A stretch of 27,870 nucleotides of DNA from a virus (lineage: Duplodnaviria > Caudoviricetes): the IMG/VR virus record IMGVR_UViG_3300011338_000581, positions 1-27,870 of that record. One strand, 5' to 3'. The translations under genes and the position numbers were made by a program. The notes under the pieces were generated by a model. The model made no database searches. It worked only from the letters and a program-made list of their open reading frames with translations, and was not told where the DNA came from. Shown here one piece after another: positions 15,798 to 23,770 of the stretch; position 1 is the stretch's first letter, and each line of letters opens with the position of its first letter.

Positions 15798-16659
15798 AGT
15801 AGTAGTCCATAATCTCGGGCAAGTCGGCCCGCACAATCGTAAGTAGGAATGACCATCGTGCATCAGCTTTGCTTTTTATGCAAGCCTGCTCGAGTTCAAG
15901 GAAAAAGGTATCAAGGCATCCGGTGTAGCGTCCGGAAGCGTGGCGAATCATAGGACTTGCGTGTCCCAGCTCGCCAGCCTTAGCGGAAGCCAGCAGGGCA
16001 TCAAGCCGTGCATCGCCAAACTCCGCAACTATCAAGGATTCCTTGTAGGTTGGCTTCATGCCGCCACCCTTCAAAAGCGTTACCGCCTTAGGGTTGTCCG
16101 GGTCTTTCCAGTTGATGGTTCCCGCCACGCGCAGGATGCGATCAACGTTAGCAACGTTATCGGTGCCGGGTAGTATCTTGTCTGCAAAGTCACGAATGCG
16201 ATACTCAAGCGTGGTTCGCTCCTTCACTGAGCCGCAAGCCTTCGGGCTGGATAACATCTTGTAGCCGTGCCAACCGTTGCCGCTTGCTACGACAATGTCG
16301 CAGGTGTCAAGTAATACTTGACTACTGGCACCCGGTACTTTGTTGTCAAGGTCAATCCAGACGGTGCCTACCTGCTCGATGGAATCTTTACCGAGCTTGC
16401 GTCCTGGCCCTTCAGGTGCAGCCCTTGGACAGACACCAACGTACACATCGTAACCACGTATCGCAAGGCTGATGATGTGCTGGGTTAGGGCTTGACCCTC
16501 TTCACCCCGCAGGCAATGCGGAAGCCGGTAGGTGGTTCGGTTAGCGTGGGGCTTGACCTTGCTTAAAGGTCGGAGTTCAATGAAGCCGTCTTGATACGGC
16601 TTGAAAAGATGCCGGAGAAAGGCGATAGCCTGACCCGCATCCGTGGCAGGAGTTGCCAT
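15787..16659 (-). CDS. RepB-like archaeo-eukaryotic primase domain protein
   Basis: DVYVGV.PR, WIDLD, SGNGWHGY and RILRVAGT.NWK. Confidence 0.85.
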   Translation of the reverse strand: MATPATDAGQAIAFLRHLFKPYQDGFIELRPLSKVKPHANRTTYRLPHCLRGEEGQALTQHIISLAIRGYDVYVGVCPRAAPEGPGRKLGKDSIEQVGTVWIDLDNKVPGASSQVLLDTCDIVVASGNGWHGYKMLSSPKACGSVKERTTLEYRIRDFADKILPGTDNVANVDRILRVAGTINWKDPDNPKAVTLLKGGGMKPTYKESLIVAEFGDARLDALLASAKAGELGHASPMIRHASGRYTGCLDTFFLELEQACIKSKADARWSFLLTIVRADLPEIMDYYFGR

Positions 16660-16766
16660 GGGTGATACCTATAATTTCCTTCAAGATACCTACCTCAGGG
16701 AACCCCCAGGGATCAGCTGGGGGCTGGCATAGCCAAACCTTGAAGGATAGGTTCATCCCTATTATA
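16660..16766 (-). other. Highly structured intergenic element upstream of primase, preceded by TATAAT
   Basis: Nested inverted repeats TCCTTCAAG/CTTGAAGGA, ACCTAT/ATAGGT, CCCCCAG/CTGGGGG and TGGC/GCCA. Confidence 0.6.
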
Positions 16767-17121
16767 CATCAAAGGTAAACCCAACGTGTTCGGCTATCGC
16801 TTGTGCGGCATCGTGCCAAGAGTAAGCAACCACGAACTTATACCCGTGTGGTTCCAATGCTTCACGGAAGGTAACCTGTCCGGGTGTCAATCTACCCTTG
16901 CCTGCCTTCATCTCGATGTATAGACCCGGTAAAGGAGCAGGTAGGAAAATGTCCCAGACACCCGCTTTTACCCCCATGGCCTTGAACTTTGCAGCTGTAC
17001 GCGGGTCTCTGTAGCCACCGTTAGGGCAATGGTAGATGGTTGCAAGCTCAGGGTGTTTAGTCTGCATCAAGCGTACCCAAGTAATCAAGGCTATCTGCTC
17101 GCGGTCTTCAAGATGCTTCAT
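16762..17121 (-). CDS. VRR-NUC domain nuclease / Holliday junction resolvase
   Basis: E...Q, HCPNGG, GVKAGVWD and LYIEMK...G.LT..Q (PD-(D/E)xK). Confidence 0.92.
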   Translation of the reverse strand: MKHLEDREQIALITWVRLMQTKHPELATIYHCPNGGYRDPRTAAKFKAMGVKAGVWDIFLPAPLPGLYIEMKAGKGRLTPGQVTFREALEPHGYKFVVAYSWHDAAQAIAEHVGFTFDV

Positions 17122-17929
17122 GTATGGTTCTCAACTCTGCTAGTGCCTTGTGGATGCGCTCCTTGACCACTGCCGCAGGAACCCTGTACCTACTGGCTAC
17201 CATGTGGACGGTCTGCGGTACACGCCCATCAAGCCCAAGGTGTAGGGCAATCATTTGCCGGGTCTCGTCATCAAGAGCGCCTAAAGCCGTCATCAGCGTA
17301 CCGCCTTCAGACTCTGAGAAATACTCATCCTCTGCCGACATTGTAGATCCGAATATCGCCGTGTCACCTAGCACAAGTTGGGAACCTTGTACCGGGGTCT
17401 CGATTGACATAGGCTCGATGCCGGATGCCGTGCGGCATATCTCGATGGTTTCGATGGTCATCCCAGAACGTTCGGAAAGTTCTTCATCGGTTGGTGGCCT
17501 GCGTAGCTCCAACTCTAGGATGACATAGAACCGCTTCAGTTTGTGCCACTTGACCAAGGCGTGTTCGGCTATCCGGATGGTTCTGTATTGGTTGCTTTGG
17601 TACCGTCTAAGCTTCTGGTACAGCCACGGGTGCGCGTAAGTACTGAACCGCAAGCCACGCTCAGGTTCCCACTTTTCGATCGCACGAATCAAGCCCTCAA
17701 CGCAGTATTGGCAGGCATCCGTGAAGTGTTCCTTGTGCTTGATGACCTTGCATACCTCGCGGATGAAGGCATAGTTATGACGGATCATAGCGTCAAAGCA
17801 ATCATCTTTATGAATGCCGTTAGCCCAGCCGTAGTGCAGCAGAATCATTTCCTCGTGAGACAACAAACGCTCCGGTGCCTTGGATAGAGCCCGGAGCGTC
17901 TGCCGAATAATGCTTGGTCTTACTGTCAA
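17108..17929 (-). CDS. Phage-encoded sigma70-family RNA polymerase sigma factor (RpoD-like regions 2-4)
   Basis: GLIRAIEKWEPERGLRFSTYA..W, RTIRI, L.R.PTDEELS, SIETPV, and a region-4-like I.L..GLDG...T...VA...ERI.KAL..LR. Confidence 0.9.
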   Translation of the reverse strand: MTVRPSIIRQTLRALSKAPERLLSHEEMILLHYGWANGIHKDDCFDAMIRHNYAFIREVCKVIKHKEHFTDACQYCVEGLIRAIEKWEPERGLRFSTYAHPWLYQKLRRYQSNQYRTIRIAEHALVKWHKLKRFYVILELELRRPPTDEELSERSGMTIETIEICRTASGIEPMSIETPVQGSQLVLGDTAIFGSTMSAEDEYFSESEGGTLMTALGALDDETRQMIALHLGLDGRVPQTVHMVASRYRVPAAVVKERIHKALAELRTIHEAS

Positions 17930-18234
17930 CGCACCCCCTGTGCTTTGAGTATAGCGGGCTTAGTCTCCAGTTCGTACCGCAGTGCGTCCTTAGCTGCGGC
18001 AATCATCGCCAGCAAAAGCAGGACAGATACACCACAGATAACACCTGCCCGAATGGAATCCCGGATTGCACGGTTACGGCTCAGGTAGGCTGCCCTGTGG
18101 GCTTCCAGAGCATAGTTCCGCTCACGTACCTGTCGTGCTTGCTCCTGCTGGTCTTTCCACTCTGCCATACGGCAAGCCGTACACACTCGGTCTGTATCCA
18201 CTACGTTTCCCGCACAGTCGTTGCAACGTTGCAT
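17926..18234 (-). CDS. Zn-ribbon plus transmembrane hypothetical protein
   Basis: CNDC...CTAC, a coiled coil, and TM GVICGVSVLLLLAMIAAA. Confidence 0.7.
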   Translation of the reverse strand: MQRCNDCAGNVVDTDRVCTACRMAEWKDQQEQARQVRERNYALEAHRAAYLSRNRAIRDSIRAGVICGVSVLLLLAMIAAAKDALRYELETKPAILKAQGVR

Positions 18235-18254
18235 CGTCTTTTTCTCCCTAACCT

Positions 18255-18476
18255 TTAGTTGTCGAATGTTTCTGTCTCAACGGTCGGTTTGATCCGACTC
18301 TTTCGGCGAATAGTTAGCAATCGCGCCAAGTCTTCCTCTGCCATGTCCATGGCTTCAGCAAGCTTGGTCAAGTTGCTTGCGTGTGGCGTCTTCTTCCCTG
18401 CCATCCAGTCACTGACCTGCGGCTGAGTTGCACCGATACGTTTAGCCAGTTCTTGCTGGCTCAATCCTCTAATCAT
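18255..18476 (-). CDS. XRE/Cro-like HTH transcriptional regulator
   Basis: RGLSQQELAKRIGATQPQVSDWMAGKKTP....KLAEAM. Confidence 0.93.
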   Translation of the reverse strand: MIRGLSQQELAKRIGATQPQVSDWMAGKKTPHASNLTKLAEAMDMAEEDLARLLTIRRKSRIKPTVETETFDN

Positions 18477-18577
18477 GTTCCATATATACCATATGTATAT
18501 ACTTCCCTGTCAAATGTTTGACATTATATATCTAGTGTGTATAATAGTGATGTGCCACGGGGTACAGGAGATAAGAG
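18477..18577. promoter_or_regulatory. Divergent early promoter region with operator-like palindromes
   Basis: + strand TTGACA (18518-18523)-16-TATAAT (18540-18545); - strand TTGACA (18508-18513). Near-matches to TATAC-N7-GTATA at 18483-18501 and 18527-18543. Confidence 0.82.
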
Positions 18578-18823
18578 ATGAAAGAACAAGCGATCAAGAT
18601 GGTTGAAGAGATGACGGCGGAAGGTGCAATCCTTCAGCTGCACAGCCCATCAGGTCAACACGATATGGATGACATCGAGGCAATCGAGGCAATCCAGATG
18701 ACGCGCGACAATATCCGCATCAGCGGTAGCACCATCATCTTCGGTAACGGTGAAGTCAGCATCACTATTGAAGACCAGGACGACTACAACGCAGACGCAT
18801 CCAACCACGTAACGGGAGAATAG
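18578..18823 (+). CDS. Small acidic hypothetical early protein
   Basis: First gene after a consensus promoter; RBS GGAGATA at 18567-18573. Confidence 0.78.
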   Translation: MKEQAIKMVEEMTAEGAILQLHSPSGQHDMDDIEAIEAIQMTRDNIRISGSTIIFGNGEVSITIEDQDDYNADASNHVTGE

Positions 18824-18825
18824 AT

Positions 18826-19089
18826 ATGAGCGCAGATGACTGGCTTGGTGTTTACATACCAAGCAACCTACTCGGTAGGGTTGATTATTACTCTGATGGT
18901 GGCAACGGTTACAAGTGCGGTTCGGTCTTTGCGATGAAGCATGAAGAGACAGCAAACTACATCATGAGCAACCGTGACAGCGAGCTTGCAAAGCACTTTG
19001 AAGATGACGGCGGCATTGATCTAGACAACCGGTCTGAAGTAATCAAGCATATTCAGTACGTCAACGAAAGTATGGGAGAAGAGATTTAG
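18826..19089 (+). CDS. Small acidic hypothetical early protein
   Basis: RBS GGGAGA; contiguous with the operon. Confidence 0.75.
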   Translation: MSADDWLGVYIPSNLLGRVDYYSDGGNGYKCGSVFAMKHEETANYIMSNRDSELAKHFEDDGGIDLDNRSEVIKHIQYVNESMGEEI

Positions 19090-19090
19090 A

Positions 19091-19582
19091 ATGACAACAT
19101 CGGAAACAATAGGGGCAATAGCCCCTGCACTTATCAAGGCACAAAGCCAGATGCAAGGCATCACCAAGGAGGGTAAGAACCCTGCTTTCCGCTCCAAGTA
19201 TGTGACCTTGGATTCCATCTTGGACACCTTGCGCCCTATCCTGACATCAAACGGCTTGATGCTGACGCAGGGTAGCCAGCAACCGGAGACCATGCAGGCA
19301 GTAACCGTAGAATCGCGCATCATCCACACAAGCGGTGAATGGATCAGTACCACGGTAACCATCCCGGTAACCAAGCCGGATGCTCACGGACTGGGTTCAG
19401 CTCTTACTTATGGCCGCCGGTATTCTGTGTCCGCCCTGCTCGCAATATCAGCAGATGAGGATGATGATGCCAACGAGGCGGTAAAGCCTCAGGAATCGTT
19501 CCGTAGAGGCCCACAGGGCAACATTGTTATTGATGAACCGGTAAGACCAGCACCGGGGAGACCACTGGGAGGAAATAGATAA
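19091..19582 (+). CDS. erf: ERF-family ssDNA-annealing recombinase
   Basis: AL.KAQ...K...NP.F.SKY..LD.I, H.SGEW and GSALTYGRRY...I.ADEDDD.N. Confidence 0.93.
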   Translation: MTTSETIGAIAPALIKAQSQMQGITKEGKNPAFRSKYVTLDSILDTLRPILTSNGLMLTQGSQQPETMQAVTVESRIIHTSGEWISTTVTIPVTKPDAHGLGSALTYGRRYSVSALLAISADEDDDANEAVKPQESFRRGPQGNIVIDEPVRPAPGRPLGGNR

Positions 19583-20148
19583 TGGGATTTGACATTATAG
19601 ACGGCGAGTTGTGGGACGAAGAAACCGGCGAGTATGCTGGGCCTGCGTCCGGTTGGATCAAGGGCAACGAGTCACCTGAAGACCTCGCGCTCTTGGTCAT
19701 GCGAAAGCGCATGGACATCGAGGCAGCCATCCAAGGCGAAAAGGATAAGCTCAACGCCATCACCAACAATATTGCCAAGATGTTGGGCAGGCACGTTGCA
19801 CGGCTTGAATGGCTGGAGACACAGTACAACGCCCAGCTGCAGGAATACGCAATATCTCAACTACCGCGCAAGGCTGATGGTAGCCTGAAGGGTAAGACCT
19901 GGACGTGCCCATTCGGCTCTATTGGCTTCCGCACGATAGCCCCTAGGGTTGCCGTGGAGTCTGAGGATACAGCCTTGGCATGGGCGCGGAAGAACTGCCC
20001 GGCTGCCATCAAGATAAAAGAATCCATCTTGGTTAGCCAACTTCCAGACCCGATCAAGAGCGCCATGCTTGAGCATCCAGCGGATGCCCTAAAGGCTGGC
20101 TTTGTGGTTCATCCGGAAGCGCAAGCAGTAACCATCAAGACGGTATAA
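19582..20148 (+). CDS. Mu Gam / siphovirus Gp157-like protein
   Basis: Coiled coil followed by KTWTCPFGSIGFR...AL.WA; adjacent to erf. Confidence 0.7.
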   Translation: MGFDIIDGELWDEETGEYAGPASGWIKGNESPEDLALLVMRKRMDIEAAIQGEKDKLNAITNNIAKMLGRHVARLEWLETQYNAQLQEYAISQLPRKADGSLKGKTWTCPFGSIGFRTIAPRVAVESEDTALAWARKNCPAAIKIKESILVSQLPDPIKSAMLEHPADALKAGFVVHPEAQAVTIKTV

Positions 20149-20204
20149 TCCTAGCACCCGCAAGGGAAACCAAAAACAACAACTGGATGCCGGAACTGAT
20201 GAGG

Positions 20205-20237
20205 AAAGACCCGATCTAAAACATCGGGTCTTTTTTC
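20205..20237 (+). terminator. Intrinsic terminator between convergent operons (possibly bidirectional)
   Basis: AAGACCCGAT-CTAAAAC-ATCGGGTCTT followed by TTTT. Confidence 0.88.
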
Positions 20238-20239
20238 GT

Positions 20240-20776
20240 CTACCAGTCAATCGCTACAAAGCCACCGTTGCTTCCAAGCTCGCGCCATGCTCTGGCTTTG
20301 CGGTAGACACCGTCACCCTCCCGCGTTACCTTGTCTTCATCTTCCATCTCAGGTGAGGTGTTGCCCTCAACGGTCTTGACCCCCCAAGGAAAAACACCGG
20401 TCACGATACCAATATGAGCAAGCCGGTTCAAAGGTGCAAACCAGAAGCAGATGAGGTCACCGATGCGTACCTTGCTTGGGTCGGCTTCCGCATCCTTCAC
20501 GGGTAGCCAGTTCTTGGTACGTCTTGCCCAGTTGCCATGATCGGGGCAGTAAGCCGAACGCGGCCAGTCTGCCGGGATGTCAAGGGCTAAGTCATGAGCT
20601 GCATTGCGTAGCCTGTAGACCACAAAGGCAGCACACCACGGGCTACCGGGTGGAACAGGTGGAGTGGTTGAGGCTTGGTAGATTTCTACCGCCTTGCCGC
20701 GATTGTCCCCGGTCTCCTGCACACCGATATTATCGATGGCTTCCTTAGCTGCACGTAAAGCGATAGGTCGTGACAT
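20240..20776 (-). CDS. CHAP-domain peptidoglycan hydrolase (endolysin)
   Basis: PWCAAFV (catalytic Cys), GDLICF, HIGIV (His) and TVEGNT. Confidence 0.9.
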   Translation of the reverse strand: MSRPIALRAAKEAIDNIGVQETGDNRGKAVEIYQASTTPPVPPGSPWCAAFVVYRLRNAAHDLALDIPADWPRSAYCPDHGNWARRTKNWLPVKDAEADPSKVRIGDLICFWFAPLNRLAHIGIVTGVFPWGVKTVEGNTSPEMEDEDKVTREGDGVYRKARAWRELGSNGGFVAIDW

Positions 20777-20862
20777 GATATATTTCCTTTGTCGATCTTA
20801 TCTCCCGACACGGTGGGCAGTCCTCCTCGGTTGCTGTTCCTGCTGCCCACCACCCCTTTTTT
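20776..20862 (+). ncRNA. Candidate ~72-nt two-hairpin small RNA with anti-SD loops
   Basis: TGaTATATT extended -10 (20776-20784), stems TGTCG/CGACA and GGTGGGCAG/CTGCCCACC, and a T6 run at 20857-20862. Confidence 0.45.
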
Positions 20863-20863
20863 C

Positions 20864-23770
20864 TTAGGCGTAAGTTCTACCGCCATCCACTGACCTAACA
20901 ACCGTGATGCCATTACTCTGGTGGTTGTACACAATATAAAGGTCATCTAGCCGCTCATATATTGAGATTGAGTCATTAGCCACATTGTTGGTAACAACCG
21001 TTGTGGCGGCCATTACAACAGTCCCTGAAGCATCTAGAATCTTGCTTTGGATATCACTTCCAGATGTGCGCCAGATGTATATCTCCTGCCCTTGGTTATC
21101 AACCACTAGAGCCGGATGCGATCCGCTTGCATTTATAACCGTTGCCACGCTTACCGTCCCTCCATCATCACCTGTGTAGTACCGCTTGAGTCCACCGGCT
21201 TCCTCGGTAAAGATGATTGTTCCAAAGTCTGCATCACGCCGGAGACATCGAATCGCAAGGTCGGTCACCCCGGTAATCGTTGTCGGTATCTCAACGTAGT
21301 CGGTTGCTAGTGGCCCGTTAGCTCGCCACAAAGATACATCACCACTCACAACCGTTGCATAGAAATGTTCATAGACTGGATTCCTATCAGCTGAGAAAAC
21401 GTGCTCTGTTGGTGATGGATTCTTGAATACAAAGCGATACGACTTGTTCACAAATAGCGGGTCAGGGTCACCGCTGTTCTGAGCCAGGCATATGGTGTTG
21501 TGGTTCTTTTGCCCAAGCCCCATAGGTTGCGCGGTGTAATACCTGCCAAGGATGTCAGATACACCAAGGCCACGAACACCCCCGGTTGAATCAAGCACGA
21601 GTTGAACGGTTTCAGCTTCAATCGGATCTGCATCAGTGGCAAGTACAAGACCAGCCGAGCGCCCACGCTGGTAGGAAACGGCACCAATAGACAACCATAG
21701 GCTACCAGCATCGTCCTGCTCAAAGACATCGAGCATATCTGGTACAAAGTCACCATTGATAGAGCGGAAGTATGTCTGCGCTAACACGTCGGCTTCTGGC
21801 CCATCGTCGCTCTGGTCTGTCTCGACCCAGTTCTTTATCTCGGCTGAACCACCTACAGTCTTGAATGTCGTACCGCCTAACCAATAGGCATGACCACTGG
21901 TGCTGTTTGCATACCCATTACGTATATAACTTACGCTCGTAAGTGGTGTGCTTGCGCTTGCCGTGTATCCTTGATGGCGCTTCACTGTTCCATCTACCGC
22001 GTTGATTGCATCGACAAAGTTTGCAATGGTACTTATGGTGTTGGTTGCCGGGCTTGACTGCCAAACCGCCCAGCCTTCCTCGGTCATACTGTTACCTTGG
22101 CAGTCTGCAATGAAGTGCCGGTTTGTCGTAAAGGTATTGCCTGCGTACGTAGTGAACTGCTGTTTGTTCCATGCTCTGGCTGGCATCCAGTAGCCCTTGG
22201 TGTAGTCAGAGTCTGGATTCTGTACTACAAGTTTGATGTCACCCATAACCAAGCCGGTATGCCCTAGTGATATCTGCGTAATGCGGGTCACTCCCCAGTA
22301 ATCACCATCTTCCATTTGAGCAGCATTATTAGGGTCGGACGGGTTCATCCTTGGATACGGATGGTCGGTTTCATCGAGGGTTGATGTTTTGTTCTGAGGA
22401 CTGCATAGGTCAAGGTAGACATCAATAAAGGCTGTACTGTTGGTGCTTACCTCCCATGACTTTGTCATATTGTTTGGTTGATAAAGAACACTTATCGTGC
22501 CGTTATGAGTTGTCCCGCTTGGTGCTTTTATCTGCACCTTCATATATCGGTATGAGTTCAACCCAAAGCCGGGAGCGGTGAAGCTTCGCGTATCTGTAAT
22601 GGATCCGATTGAAACGTTAGTCTCATCTGCTTGAATAACCGATGCGCCAGGGAATGACCAACCACGGAAGGACATCTTTGTATTCGTGCTGTCATCACCT
22701 AGTGCCGTCAGGCTTGCCGCTTTGATGTCTGCATAGATGCTGGTAGGTATGGTGTTGACGGTCTGGCTATTGCTTTGTGTAACCGTACCGCTGCCATTGA
22801 ATGATTGTATGGTGGTCTGCACATACGTATTGAGAAACGCCGCATCCTCTTGAAACTGCCCAGCAGTAGCCACGATGTCGCGGTAGCCGGTAGGAAGGTC
22901 AAAGCCAGTGATGCGCACGTCAAGGTCATCGTAATAGTTGAGGTTGTAGCTGCGAATCCTACCCTTCATCCGCATCAACCGCCTAAGCGTCATGTTAGTT
23001 GTACCGGTGATGTTGGCTCCCGGTTGAGTGACACCAAAGCCGGTTACAACATACTGCGTTGCTGTTGCAACTTGAGAAAAGTAAGAGTGGCTGTATCCGG
23101 GGACACTGCTTACAAGGCTCACAAGGTTACACAATCCCGGTGATAGGGTTAGTGTCTGGGCTACCGTGGTGTTGTTCCACATCCGCAACCCTACGCGCAA
23201 ATCCCACGTCATAGCGGAGGCACTACCGATAGCCCCTGAGCTCGTCTTTGTCTGCCCGTTGATTACAATCTTAGCGGTAGCAGTACCGCCGATGTTACTG
23301 GTCTCGTATGAGTCGTAAGTGATGTCAGGGTAATCGGATCCTGCACCACCGAAAGCCGCTTGTGTGATGTCCCAGTAGACGGTGCTTTCATCTACCGTCC
23401 CTGTCCAGTCGATGTTCAATGCCCCAACGTTTACACTGATTCCGATGAGCGCATTAGCAGCCGTACCTGTGCCGGACTGGAGAACAAAAGTACTTGTGCT
23501 TGTTGCTCCGAATCCGTTATTGGTCATCACAGAAGCGCGTACTTCCCATGACCATGTTGTAGTACCAAAGCCAGACGTGCTGCCAAATCCAAAGATAAGA
23601 ACGCTCCCTGATTGTTGGTTTGAACCAAAGGTAAGGGTGCCGAACTGTGGCCCGTAGATTTCAAGATCATCTGGGGTAGGAACATCAGACGGGAAAACAT
23701 GAACCCGTAGATTGCTCGATAGTGAACAGGTAACTTCACTCTTACGGGAGCGGTCTATATAAACTGCCAT
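20864..23770 (-). CDS. Large minor tail / tail-tip protein (~968 aa)
   Basis: Start MAVYIDRS at 23770 (TAATG overlap). S/T/G-rich beta-type composition, second gene after the TMP, BNR-like SVDGGRT at the C-terminus. Confidence 0.7.
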   Translation of the reverse strand: MAVYIDRSRKSEVTCSLSSNLRVHVFPSDVPTPDDLEIYGPQFGTLTFGSNQQSGSVLIFGFGSTSGFGTTTWSWEVRASVMTNNGFGATSTSTFVLQSGTGTAANALIGISVNVGALNIDWTGTVDESTVYWDITQAAFGGAGSDYPDITYDSYETSNIGGTATAKIVINGQTKTSSGAIGSASAMTWDLRVGLRMWNNTTVAQTLTLSPGLCNLVSLVSSVPGYSHSYFSQVATATQYVVTGFGVTQPGANITGTTNMTLRRLMRMKGRIRSYNLNYYDDLDVRITGFDLPTGYRDIVATAGQFQEDAAFLNTYVQTTIQSFNGSGTVTQSNSQTVNTIPTSIYADIKAASLTALGDDSTNTKMSFRGWSFPGASVIQADETNVSIGSITDTRSFTAPGFGLNSYRYMKVQIKAPSGTTHNGTISVLYQPNNMTKSWEVSTNSTAFIDVYLDLCSPQNKTSTLDETDHPYPRMNPSDPNNAAQMEDGDYWGVTRITQISLGHTGLVMGDIKLVVQNPDSDYTKGYWMPARAWNKQQFTTYAGNTFTTNRHFIADCQGNSMTEEGWAVWQSSPATNTISTIANFVDAINAVDGTVKRHQGYTASASTPLTSVSYIRNGYANSTSGHAYWLGGTTFKTVGGSAEIKNWVETDQSDDGPEADVLAQTYFRSINGDFVPDMLDVFEQDDAGSLWLSIGAVSYQRGRSAGLVLATDADPIEAETVQLVLDSTGGVRGLGVSDILGRYYTAQPMGLGQKNHNTICLAQNSGDPDPLFVNKSYRFVFKNPSPTEHVFSADRNPVYEHFYATVVSGDVSLWRANGPLATDYVEIPTTITGVTDLAIRCLRRDADFGTIIFTEEAGGLKRYYTGDDGGTVSVATVINASGSHPALVVDNQGQEIYIWRTSGSDIQSKILDASGTVVMAATTVVTNNVANDSISIYERLDDLYIVYNHQSNGITVVRSVDGGRTYA

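Noticed and set aside
16686-16738. tRNA-like cloverleaf in the primase leader
   Set aside because: No T-loop GTTC motif, D-loop consensus or proper acceptor/anticodon geometry. Kept only as a generic structured element.
20196-20236. CTGATGA...GAAA resembling a hammerhead ribozyme core
   Set aside because: Only 1 nt separates CTGATGA from GAAA (no stem II), stem I pairing is negligible, and the adjacent stem is explained as a terminator.
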